The notes beneath the pieces are model-generated. The model had not been told where the DNA came from, searched no databases, and saw only the letters and a list, made by a program, of their open reading frames with translations. From Squalus acanthias (lineage: Eukaryota): DNA of 64,000 bases. The translations under genes were made by a program, and so were the position numbers. Shown here piece after piece: positions 1 through 11,217 of this stretch; the stretch's first letter is position 1, and every line of letters starts with the position of its first letter. The DNA is taken from the NCBI GenBank assembly GCA_030390025.1, contig JASTWF010000335.1:1-64000 (forward strand). The letters run 5' to 3'.

Positions 1-3000
1 GGAGGGTTGTAGGGGCTGGAGGAGGTTACAGAGATAGGGAGGGTTGTAGGGGCTGGAGGAGGTTACAGAGATAGGGAGGGTTGTAGGGCTGGAGGAGGTT
101 ACAGAGATAGGGAGGGTTGTAGGGGCTGGAGGAGGTTACAGAGATAGGGAGGGTTGTAGGGCTGGAGGAGGTTACAGAGATAGGGAGGGTTGTAGGGCTG
201 GAGGAGGTTACAGAGATAGGGAGGGTTGTAGGGGCTGGAGGAGGTTACAGAGATAGGGAGGGTTGTAGGGGCTGGAGGAGGTTACAGAGATAGGGAGGGT
301 TGTAGGGGCTGGAGGAGGTTACAGAGATAGGGAGGGTTGTAGGGCTGGAGGAGGTTACAGAGATAGGGAGGGTTGTAGGGCTGGAGGAGGTTACAGAGAT
401 AGGGAGGGTTGTAGGGGCTGGAGGAGGTTACAGAGATAGGGAGGGTTGTAGGGCTGGAGGAGGTTACAGAGATAGGGAGGGTTGTAGGGGCTGGAGGAGG
501 TTACAGAGATAGGGAGGGTTGTAGGGGCTGGAGGAGGTTACAGAGATAGGGAGGGTTGTAGGGCTGGAGGAGGTTACAGAGATAGGGAGGGTTGTAGGGG
601 CTGGAGGAGGTTACAGAGATAGGGAGGGTTGTAGGGGCTGGAGGAGGTTACAGAGATAGGGAGGGTTGTAGGGGCTGGAGGAGGTTACAGAGATAGGGAG
701 GGTTGTAGGGGCTGGAGGAGGTTACAGAGATAGGGAGGGTTGTAGGGCTGGAGGAGGTTACAGAGATAGGGAGGGTTGTAGGGGCTGGAGGAGGTTACAG
801 AGATAGGGAGGGTTGTAGGGGCTGGAGGAGGTTACAGAGATAGGGAGGGTTGTAGGGGCTGGAGGAGGTTACAGAGATAGGGAGGGTTGTAGGGCTGGAG
901 GAGGTTACAGAGATAGGGAGGGTTGTAGGGCTGGAGGAGGTTACAGAGATAGGGAGGGTTGTAGGGGCTGGAGGAGGTTACAGAGATAGGGAGGGTTGTA
1001 GGGCTGGAGGAGGTTACAGAGATAGGGAGGGTTGTAGGGCTGGAGGAGGTTACAGAGATAGGGAGGGTTGTAGGGCTGGAGGAGGTTACAGAGATAGGGA
1101 GGGTTGTAGGGCTGGAGGAGGTTACAGAGATAGGGAGGGTTGTAGGGCTGGAGGAGGTTACAGAGATAGGGAGGTTGTAGGGGCTGGAGGAGGTTACAGA
1201 GATAGGGAGGGTTGTAGGGGCTGGAGGAGGTTACAGAGATAGGGAGGGTTGTAGGGGCTGGAGGAGGTTACAGAGATAGGGAGGGTTGTAGGGGCTGGAG
1301 GAGGTTACAGAGATAGGGAGGGTTGTAGGGCTGGAGGAGGTTACAGAGATAGGAGGGTTGTAGGGGCTGGAGGAGGTTACAGAGATAGGGAGGGTTGTAG
1401 GGCTGGAGGAGGTTACAGAGATAGGGAGGGTTGTAGGGGCTGGAGGAGGTTACAGAGATAGGGAGGGTTGTAGGGGCTGGAGGAGGTTACAGAGATAGGG
1501 AGGGTTGTAGGGGCTGGAGGAGGTTACAGAGATAGGGAGGGTTGTAGGGGCTGGAGGAGGTTACAGAGATAGGGAGGGTTGTAGGGCTGGAGGAGGTTAC
1601 AGAGATAGGGAGGGTTGTAGGGGCTGGAGGAGGTTACAGAGATAGGGAGGGTTGTAGGGCTGGAGGAGGTTACAGAGATAGGGAGGGTTGTAGGGGCTGG
1701 AGGAGGTTACAGAGATAGGGAGGGTTGTAGGGGCTGGAGGAGGTTACAGAGATAGGGAGGGTTGTAGGGGCTGGAGGAGGTTACAGAGATAGGGAGGGTT
1801 GTAGGGCTGGAGGAGGTTACAGAGATAGGGAGGGTTGTAGGGGCTGGAGGAGGTTACAGAGATAGGGAGGGTTGTAGGGCTGGAGGAGGTTACAGAGATA
1901 GGGAGGGTTGTAGGGCTGGAGGAGGTTACAGAGATAGGGAGGGTTGTCGGGCTGGAGGAGGTTACAGAGATAGGGAGGGTTGTAGGGGCTGGAGGAGGTT
2001 ACAGAGATGGGAAGGTTGTCGGGGCAGGAGCAGGTTACAGGGATAGGGAGGGTTGTAGGGGTTGGAGGAGGTTACAGAGATTGTGAGGGTTGTAGGGCTG
2101 GAGGAGGTTACAGTGATAGGGAGGGTTGTAGGGCTGGAGGAGGTTACAAGATAGGGAGGGTTGTAGGGGCTGGAGGAGGTTACAGAGATAGGGAGGGTTG
2201 TAGAACTGGAGGAGGTTACAGAGATAGGGAGGGTTGTAGGGGCTGGAGGAGGTTACAGAGATAGGGAGGGTTGTAGGGACTGGAGGAGGTTACAGAGATA
2301 GGGAGGGTTGTAGGACTGGAGGAGGTTACAGAGATAGGGAGGGTTGTAGGGGCTGGTGGAGGTTTCAGAGATAGGGAGGGTTGTAGGGGCTGGAGGAGGT
2401 TACAGAGATAGGGAGGGTTCTAGGGATTGGAGGAGGTTACAGAGATAGGGAGGGTTGTAGGGCTGGAGGAGGTTACATTGCAGGGGCTGGAGGAGGTTAC
2501 AGAGATAGGGAGGGTTGTAGGGGCTGGAGGAGGTTACAGAGATAGGGAGGGTTGTAGGGCTGGAGGAGGTTACAGAGATAGGGAGGTTTGTAGGGGCTGG
2601 AGGAGGTTACAGAGATAGGGAGGGTTGTAGGGCTGGAGGAGGTTACAGAGACAGGGAGGGTTGTAGGGCTGGAGGAGGTTCCAGAGATAGGGAGGGTTTT
2701 AGGGGCTGGAGGAGGTTACAGAGATAGGGAGGGTTGTAGGGGCAGGAGGAGGTTACAGGGATAGGGAGGGTTGTAGGGATTGGAGGAGGTTACAGAGATT
2801 GTGAGGGTTGTAGGGCTGGAGGAGGTTACAGAGATAGGGAGGGTTGTAGGGCTGGAGGAGGTTACAAGATAGGGAGGGTTGTAGGGCTGGAGGAGGTTAC
2901 AGAGATAGGGAGAGTTGTAGGGGCTGGAGGAGGTTACAGAGATAGGGAAGGCTGTAGGGGCTGGAGGAGGTTACAGAGATAGGGAGGGCTGTAGGGGCTG

Positions 3001-6000
3001 GAGGAGGTTACAGAGATAGGGAGGGTTGTCGGGGCTGGAGGAGGTTACAGAGATAGGGAGGGTTGAAGGGGCTGGAGGAGGATACAGAGATAGGGAGAGT
3101 TGTGGGGCTGGCGGAGGTTACAGAGATAGGGAGGGTTGTAGGCTCTGGAGGAGGTTACAGAGATAGGTAGGGTTGTAGGGCTGGAGGAGGTTACAGAGAT
3201 AGGGAGGGTTGTAGGGGCTGGAGGAGGTTACAGAGATAGGGAGGGTTGTCGGGCTGGAGGAGGTTGCAGAGATAGGGAGGGTTGTAGGGGCTGGAGGAGG
3301 TTACAGAGATAAGGAGGGGTGTAGGGGCTGGAGGAGGTTACAGAGATAGGGAGGGTTGTAGTGCTGGAGGAGGTTACAGAGATAGGGAGGATTGTAGGGG
3401 CTGGAGGAGGTTACAGAGATAGGGAGGGTTGTAGGGCTGAAGGAGGTTACAGAGATAGGGAGGGTTGTAGGGGCTGGAGGAGGTTACAGAGATAGGGAGG
3501 GTTGTAGGGGCTGGAGGAGGTTACAGAGATAGGGAGGGTTGTAGGGGCTGGAGGAGGTCACAGAGATAGGGAGGGCTGTAGGGGCTGGATGAGGTTACAG
3601 AGATAGGGAGGGCTGTAGGGGCTGGAGGAGGTTACAGAGATAGGGAGGGTTGTAGGGGCTGGAGGAGGTTACAGAGATAGGGAGGGTTGTAGGGGCTGGA
3701 GGAGGTTACAGAGATAGTGAGGGCTGTAGGGGCTGGAGGAGGTTACAGAGATAGGGAGCGTTGTAGGGGCTGGAGGAGGTTACAGAGAGAGGGAGGGTTG
3801 TAGGGGCTGGAGGAGGTTACAGAGATAGGGAGAATTGTAGGGGCTGGAGGAGGTTACAGAGATAGGGAGGGTTGTAGGGGCTGTAGGAGGTTACAGAGAT
3901 AGGGAGGGTTGTAGGGGCTGGAGGAGGTTACAGAGATAGGGAGGGTTTTAGGGGCAGGAGGAGGTTACAGAGATAGGGAGGGTTGTAGAGGCTGGAGGAG
4001 ATTACAGAGATAGGGAGGGTTGTAGGGGCTGGAGGAGGTTACAGAGATAGGGAGCGTTGTCGGGGCTGGCGGAGGTTACAGAGATAGGGAGGGTTGTAGG
4101 GGCTGGAGGAGGTTACAGAGATAGGGAGGGTTGTAGGGGCTGGAGGAGATTACAGAGATAGGGAGGGTTGTGGGGGCTGGAGGAGGTTACAGAGATAGGG
4201 AGGGTTGAAGGGGCTGGAGGAGGTTACAGAGACAGGGAGAGTTGTGGGGCTGGCGGAGGTTACAGAGATAGTGAGGGTTGTAGGGCTGGAGGAGGTTACA
4301 GAGATAGGAAGGGTTGTAGGGCTGGAGGAGGTTACAGAGATATGGAGGGTTGTAGGGCTGGAGGAGGTTACAGAGATAGGGAGAGAAGTAGGGGCTGGAG
4401 GAGGTTACAGAGATAGGGAAGGCTGTAGGGGCTGGAGGAGGTTACAGAGATAGGGAGGGCTGTAGGGGCTGGAGGAGGTTACAGAGATAGGGAGGGTTGT
4501 AGGGGCTGGTGGAGGCTACAGAGATAGGGAGGGTTGTAGGGGCTGTAGGAGGTTACAGAGATAGGGAGGGTTGTAGGGGCTTGAGGAGGTTACAGAGATA
4601 GGGAGGGTTGTAGGGCTGGAGGAGGTACAGAGATAGGGAGGGTTGTGGGGCTGGAGGAGGTTACAGAGATAGGGAGGGTTGTAGGGCTGGAGGAGGTTAC
4701 AGAGATAGGGAGGGTTGAAGGGGCTGGAGGAGGTTACAGAGATAGGGAGAGTTGTGGGGCTGGCGGAGGTTACAGAGATAGGGAGGGTTGTAGGGGCTGG
4801 AGGCGGTTACAGAGATAGGGAGGGTTGTAGGGCTGGAGGAGGTTACAGAGATAGGGAGGGTTGTAGGGGCTGGAGGAGGTTACAGAGATAGGGAGGGTTG
4901 TAGGGCTGGAGGAGGTTACAGAGATAGGGGGGGTTGTAAGGGTTGGAGGAGGTTACAGAGATAGGGAGGGTTGTCGGGCTGGAGAATATTACAGAGATAG
5001 GGAGGGTTGTAGGGGCTGTAGGAGGTTACACAGATAGGGAGGGTTGTAGGGGCTGGAGGAGGTTACAGAGATAGGGAGGGTTGTAGGGCTGGAGGAGGTT
5101 ACAGAGATAAGGAGGGTTGTGGGGGCTGGAGGAGGTTACAGAGATAGGGAGGGTTGTAGGGCTGGAGGAGGTTACAGAGATAGGGAGGGTTGTAGGGGCT
5201 GGAGGAGGTTACAGAGATAGGGAGAGTTGTGGGGCTGGCGGAGGTTACAGAGATAGGGAGGGTTGTAGGGGCTGGAGGAGGTTACAGAGATAGGGAGGGT
5301 TGTAGGGACTGGAGGAGGTTACAGAGATAGGGAGGGTTGTAGGACTGGAGGAGGTTACAGAGATAGGGAGGGTTGTAGGGGCTGGAGGAGGTTTCAGAGA
5401 TAGGGAGGGTTGTAGGGGCTGGAGGAGGTTACAGAGATAGGGAGGGTTGAAGGGATTGGAGGAGGTTACAGAGATAGGGAGGGTTGTAGGGCTGGAGGAG
5501 GTTACATTGCAGGGGCTGGAGGAGGTTACAGAGATAGGGAGGGTTGTAGGGGCTGGAGGAGGTTACAGAGATAGGGAGGGTTGTAGGGCTGGAGGAGGTT
5601 ACAGAGATAGGGAGGGTTGTAGGGGCTGGAGGAGGTTACAGAGATAGGGAGGGTTGTAGGGCTGGAGGAGGTTACAGAGATAGGGAGGGTTGTACGGGCT
5701 GGAGGAGGTTACAGAGATAGGGAGGGTTGTCGGGCTGGAGGAGGTTACAGAGATAGGGAGGGTTTTAGGGGCTGGAGGAGGTTACAGAGATAGGGAGGGT
5801 TGTAGGGGCAGGAGCAGGTTACAGAGATAGGGAGGGTTGTAGGGGCTGGAGGAGGTTACAGAGATAGGGAGGGTTGTAGGGCTGGAGGAGGTTACAGTGA
5901 TAGGGAGGGTTGTAGGGCTGGAGGAAGTTACAAGATAGGGAGGGTTGTAGGGCTGGAGGAGGTTACAGAGATAGGGAGAGTTGTAGGGGCTGGAGGAGGT

Positions 6001-9000
6001 TACAGAGATAGGGAGGTTGTAGGGGCTGGAGGAGGTTACAGAGATAGGGAGGGTTGTAGGGCTGGAGGAGGTTACAGAGATAGGGAGGGTTGTAGGGGCT
6101 GGAGGATGTTACAGAGATAGGGTGGGTTGTAGGGCTGGAGGAGGTTGCAGAGATAGGGAGGGTTGTAGGGGCTGGAGGAGGTTACAGAGATAGGGAGGGT
6201 TGTAGGGCTGGAGGAGGTTACAGAGATAGGGAGGGTTGTAGGGGCTGGAGGAGGTTACAGAGATAGGGAGGGTTGTAGGGGCTGAGGAGGTTACAGAGAT
6301 AGGGAGGGTTGTAGGGGCTGGAGGAGGTTACAGAGATAGGGAGGGTGGTAGGGCTGGAGGAGGTTACAGAGATAGGGAGGGTTGTAGGGGCTGGAGGAGG
6401 TTACAGAGATAGGGAGGGTTGTAGGGCTGAGGAGGTTACAGAGATAGGGAGGGTTGTAGGGGCTGGAGGAGGTTACAGAGATAGGGAGGGCTGTAGGGGC
6501 TGGAGGAGGTTACAGAGATAGGGAGGGTTGTAGGGGCTGGAGGAGGTTACAGAGATAGGGAGGGTTGTAGGGGCTGGAGGAGGTTACAGAGATAGGGAGG
6601 GCTGTAGGAACTGGATGAGGTTACAGAGATAGGGAGGGATGTAGGGGCTGGAGTAGGTTACAGAGATAGGGAGGGTTGTCGGGGCTGGAGGAGGTTACAG
6701 AGATAGGGAGGGTTGTAGGGGCTGGAGGAGGTTACAGAGATAGGGAGGGTTGTAGGGGCTGGAGGAGGTTACAGAGATAGGGAGGGCTGTAGGGGCTGGA
6801 GGAGGTTACAGAGATAGGGAGGGTTGTAGGGGCTGGAGGAGGTTACAGAGAGAGGGAGGATTGTAGGGGCTGGAGGAGGTTACAGAGATAGGGAGAATTG
6901 TAGGGGCTGGAGGAGGTTACAGAGATAGGGAGGGTTGTAGGGGCTGGAGGAGGTTACAGAGATAGGGAGGGTTGTAGGGGCTGGAGGAGGTTACAGAGAT
7001 AGGGAGGGTTGTAGGGGCAGGAGGAGGTTACAGAGATAGGGAGGGTTGTAGTGGCTGGAGGAGGTTACAGAGATAGGGAGGGTTGTAGGGGCTGGAGGAG
7101 GTTACAGAGATAGGGAGGGTTGTAGGGACTGGAGGAGGTTACAGAGATAGGGAGGGTTGTAGGACTGGAGGAGGTTACAGAGATAGGGAGGGTTGTAGGG
7201 GCTGGAGGAGGTTTCAGAGATAGGGAGGGTTGTAGGGGCTGGAGGAGGTTACAGAGATAGGGAGGGTTGAAGGGATTGGAGGAGGTTACAGAGATAGGGA
7301 GGGTTGTAGGGCTGGAGGAGGTTACATTGCAGGGGCTGGAGGAGGTTACAGAGATAGGGAGGGTTGTAGGGGCTGGAGGAGGTTACAGAGATAGGGAGGG
7401 TTGTAGGGCTGGAGGAGGTTACAGAGATAGGGAGGGTTGTAGGGGCTGGAGGAGGTTACAGAGATAGGGAGGGTTGTAGGGCTGGAGGAGGTTACAGAGA
7501 TAGGGAGGGTTGTACGGCTGGAGGAGGTTACAGAGATAGGGAGGGTTGTCGGGCTGGAGGAGGTTACAGAGATAGGGAGGGTTTTAGGGGCTGGAGGAGG
7601 TTACAGAGATAGGGAGGGTTGTAGGGGCAGGAGCAGGTTACAGGGATAGGGAGGGTTGTAGGGGTTGGAGGAGGTTACAGAGATTGTGAGGGTTGTAGGG
7701 CTGGAGGAGGTTACAGTGATAGGGAGGGTTGTAGGGCTGGAGGAGGTTACAAGATAGGGAGGGTTGTAGGGCTGGAGGAGGTTACAGAGATAGGGAGAGT
7801 TGTAGGGGCTGGAGGAGGTTACAGAGATAGGGAAGGCTGTAGGGGCTGGAGGAGGTTACAGAGATAGGGAGGGTTGAAGGAGCTGGAGGAGGATACAGAG
7901 ATAGGGAGAGTTGTGTGGCTGGCGGAGGTTACATAGATAGGGAGGGTTGTAGGCTCTGGAGGAGGTTACAGAGATAGGTAGGGTTGTAGGGCTGGAGGAG
8001 GTTACAGAGATAGGGAGGGTGTAGGGGCTGGAGGATGTTACAGAGATAGGGTGGGTTGTCGGGCTGGAGGAGGTTGCAGAGATAGGGAGGGTTGTAGGGG
8101 CTGGAGGAGGTTACAGAGACAGGGAGGGTTGTCGGGCTGGAGAATATTACAGAGATAGGGAGGGTTGTAGGGGCTGGAGGAGGTTACAGAGATAGAGAGG
8201 GTTGTAGGGGCTGAAGGAGGTTACAGAGATAGGGAGGGGTGTAGGGGCTGGAGGAGGTTACAGAGATAGGGAGGGTGGTAGGGCTGGAGGAGGTTACAGA
8301 GATAGGGAGGGTTGTAGGGGCTGGAGGAGGTTACAGAGATTGGGAGGGTTGTAGGGCTGAATGAGGTTACAGAGATAGGGAGGGATGTAGGGGCTGGAGG
8401 AGGTTACAGAGATAGGGAGGGCTGTAGGGGCTGGAGGAGGTTACAGAGATAGGGAGGGTTGTAGGGGCTGGAGGAGGTTACAGAGATAGGGAGGGTTGTA
8501 GGGGCTGGAGGAGGTTACAGAGATAGGGAGGGCTGTAGGGACTGGATGAGGTTACAGAGATAGGGAGGGATGTAGGGGCTGGAGTAGGTTACAGAGATAG
8601 GGAGGGTTGTCGGGGCTGGAGGAGGTTACAGAGATAGGGAGGGTTGTAGGGGCTGGAGGAGGTTACAGAGATAGGGAGGGTTGTAGGGGCTGGAGGAGGT
8701 TACAGAGATAGGGAGGGCTGTAGGGGCTGGAGGAGGTTACAGAGATAGGGAGGGTTGTAGGGGCTGGAGGAGGTTACAGAGAGAGGGAGGATTGTAGGGG
8801 CTGGAGGAGGTTACAGAGATAGGGAGAATTGTAGGGGCTGAAGGAGGTTACAGAGATAGGGAGGGTTGTAGGGGCTGGAGGAGGTTACAGAGATAGGGAG
8901 GGTTGTAGGGGCTGGAGGAGGTTACAGAGATAGGGAGGGTTTTAGGGGCAGGAGGAGGTTACAGAGATAGGGAGGGTTGTAGAGGCTGGAGGAGATTACA

Positions 9001-9232
9001 GAGATAGGGAGGGTTGTAGGGGCTGGAGGAGGTTACAGAGATAGGGAGGGTTGTAGGGGCTGGAGGAGGTTACAGAGATAGGGAGGGTTGTAGGGGTTGG
9101 AGGAGGTTACAGAGATAGGGAGGGTTGTAGGGGCTGGAGGAGGTTACAGAGATAGGGAGCGTTGTCGGGGCTGGAGGAGGTTACAGAGATAGGGAGGGTT
9201 GTAGGGGCTGGAGGAGGTTACAGAGATAGGGA
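1..9232 (-). repeat. 36/37-bp minisatellite (GGAGGGTTGTAGG(G)GCTGGAGGAGGTTACAGAGATAG)n, derived from an L2 ORF2 segment
   Basis: Tandem unit visible throughout. The reverse complement of the 36-mer reads PYLCNLLQPYNP and is contiguous with L2 sequence at 9233. Confidence 0.97.
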
Positions 9233-9562
9233 GGGGCGAGGCCATGGAGGGATTTGAAAACAAGGATGAGAGTTTTAACATCGAGGTGTTGCTTAACCGG
9301 GAGCCAGTGTAGGTCAGCGAGCACAGGGGGAGATGGGCGAACGGGACTTGGTGCGAGTTAGGACACGGGGCAGTCGAGTTTTGGATGACCTCAAGTTGAC
9401 GTTGGGTAGACCGCGGGAGGCCGGCCAGGAGTGCGCTGGAATAGTCGAGTCGAGAGGTAACAAAGGCGCGGATGAGGATTTCAGCAGTGGATGAGCTGAT
9501 GCAGGGGCGGAGTGGGGCGATGTTACAGAGGTGGACGTAGGCGGTCTTAGTGATGGCGCCGG
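9233..9562 (-). mobile_element. L2-clade LINE ORF2 3' fragment
   Basis: Minus strand reads approx. ITKTAYVHLCNIAPLRP..AEILIRAFVTSRLDYSSALLAGLP..LHWLPV..FKSLHGL, typical of the L2 ORF2 C-terminus. Confidence 0.85.
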
Positions 9563-9611
9563 ATCAGTGGTCGGAAACCAAAGACAACAACAACAACAAG
9601 AGGCAACTCAC

Positions 9612-9791
9612 TCCTAACATTTTCGGCTGTGCTTCCAGAAACTTCTCCACCAGAAGGGAGGTCTTGCCGGATCCGAGAGGTTTGGTTGGTCTCTGATCCA
9701 TCGGTCCGGGTGCTGGGATTGGCCGGGGCTCTTCGATGGGGGCGTTCCCCTGTTCCGCGGAGATGAGGCCAGCCCCTTCCGGACCCACGGG
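9612..9791 (-). CDS. MS4A/CD20-like gene, inverted copy, linker exon (PVGPEG...VEKFLEAQPKMLG)
   Basis: 180 nt, CAG acceptor and GTGAGT donor, phase 0/0; mirror of 34543-34722. Confidence 0.75.
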
Positions 9792-10027
9792 CTGCAGCGG
9801 CGCAAATCGTCTCGTGAAAAAGAAAACGCGACAGGCGCGAACATCACCTCCGAGGAGCAGGACGCAAACTGTTCCCTTTCCACGGCGAGACCTTCGTTCT
9901 CGGAGACACGGGATTCAAATCCAGTCCCGGAGAGAGAGGGGGCAGGAAATTCGTCGACAACCGCCAAACCTGATGTATGTGAGAAGTCGCACAACGCCAG
10001 GTTATAGTCCAACCGCTTTATCTGAAA

Positions 10028-10064
10028 TCACAAGCTTTCGGAGCGCTGCTCCTTCGTCAGGTGA
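10028..10064 (-). ncRNA. Minimal type I hammerhead ribozyme motif (family 1)
   Basis: Reverse complement reads TCAC-CTGACGA-A-GGAGC-AGC-GCTCC-GAAA-GC-TT-GTGA. Confidence 0.8.
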
Positions 10065-10382
10065 AGTGAAGAGATGCATATAGGCACAGCATATATAGTC
10101 AGAGAACACTGCCAGGTGACTACAGTTAATCTTTCCAGCAAAAACAGTTTTTTGTTTTCCATACAGACCCCAGCATCTGCCACATTTGACCCCTGGTGAC
10201 CCCACCTCATTGCCTTTGATGTCATGTCTTCCTGACTGACCTGTTTGGACACCATCCACACCTTTGATTGCCGTGATTATCTCTCTGCCGAGGTGTGATA
10301 AAGGGCAGTTAGAAAGATTAACTGTAGTCACCTGGCAGTGTTCTCTGACTATATATGCTGTGCCTATATGCATCTCTTCACT

Positions 10383-10419
10383 TCACCTGATGAAGGAGCA
10401 GCGCTCCGAAAGCTCGTGA
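10383..10419 (+). ncRNA. Minimal type I hammerhead ribozyme motif (family 1)
   Basis: TCAC-CTGATGA-A-GGAGC-AGC-GCTCC-GAAA-GC-TC-GTGA; stems I and II pair; predicted cleavage after C10415. Confidence 0.8.
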
Positions 10420-10521
10420 TTTCAAATAAAGCTGTTGGACTATAACCTGGTGTTGTGCGACTTCTCACATTTGTCCACCCCAGTCCAACACCGCGCATCT
10501 CCGCATCAAACCTGATGTAGG

Positions 10522-11080
10522 ACACTCACTTTAATTCTCCGCTCCACTCCCACTCTGACCTCTCCGTCCTCGGCCTCTGACACTGTTCCACTGAAGCTCA
10601 GCGTAAGCTCGAGGAACAGCACCTCATCTTTCCATTAGGCACTTTACAGCCTTCTGGACTCAACATCGAGTTCAACAATTTCAGACCATAACCTCTGCCC
10701 CCATGTTTCTCGGACGGCAGATGTTGCTGATGATTCTGCTGTTCCCATTTACACCTCCTCTCGACCCATCTTTTGTCTCTCTACTTCTCCCATTACCATC
10801 TCCTTTTGCCTTGGCCCCATCATCCCTTTTGTCATTTAATCTCTCCTGCCTTCCACCCTGTCACAGGCCTTCCCTTTTGTTCGTTCCTCCCCCTCCCACC
10901 TTTCCCTGCCCCTACATTGCTTCAATCCTATTATATCTCTGACTTTTTCCAGTTCTGACGAAGGGTCATCGACCTGAAACGTTAACTCTGTTTCCCTCTC
11001 CACAGATGCTGCCTGACCTGCTGAGTATTTCCAGCATTCACTGTTTTTATTTCAGATTTTCAGCATCCGCAGTATTTTGC
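10522..11080 (+). mobile_element. Second Penelope-like family, 3' fragment (GIY-YIG C-terminus, 3' UTR, pLTR)
   Basis: Reads HFNSPLHSHSDLSVLGL*HCSTEAQRKLEEQHLIFPLGTLQPSGLNIEFNNF, followed by a hammerhead motif. Confidence 0.8.
10951..10987 (+). ncRNA. Minimal type I hammerhead ribozyme motif (family 2)
   Basis: AGTT-CTGACGA-A-GGGTC-ATC-GACCT-GAAA-CG-TT-AACT; stem I AGTT/AACT; palindromic AACGTT. Confidence 0.8.
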
Positions 11081-11217
11081 TATTGTTTTCACCTAATATA
11101 TTTGTTTGAAATTACAAGCATGTACTTCCAAGACTTCTGAATGATGGCTTCAAGATGGGTTGGTGAAATTCCCTTGGACTGAGTCAATCCTGTCCCGACT
11201 GGACACAATCCAGAGCG

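Larger units (their letters stand above)
9978..10506 (+). mobile_element. Penelope-like element insertion: inverted pLTR arms, 37-bp tail, 13-bp TSD
   Basis: Arms 9978-10135 and 10312-10469 are inverted repeats. CAAACCTGATGTA occurs at 9965-9977 and 10507-10519. Hammerhead core in each arm. Confidence 0.85.

Noticed and set aside
1..9232. CRISPR-like 36/37-bp periodicity or telomeric repeat
   Set aside because: Head-to-tail repeats with no unique spacers, no cas genes and no TTAGGG units; the monomer derives from L2.
9978..10469. DNA-transposon MITE or miRNA hairpin
   Set aside because: The asymmetric tail, long TSD, hammerhead cores and link to a Penelope-like ORF end at 61655-61687 fit a retroelement inversion better.
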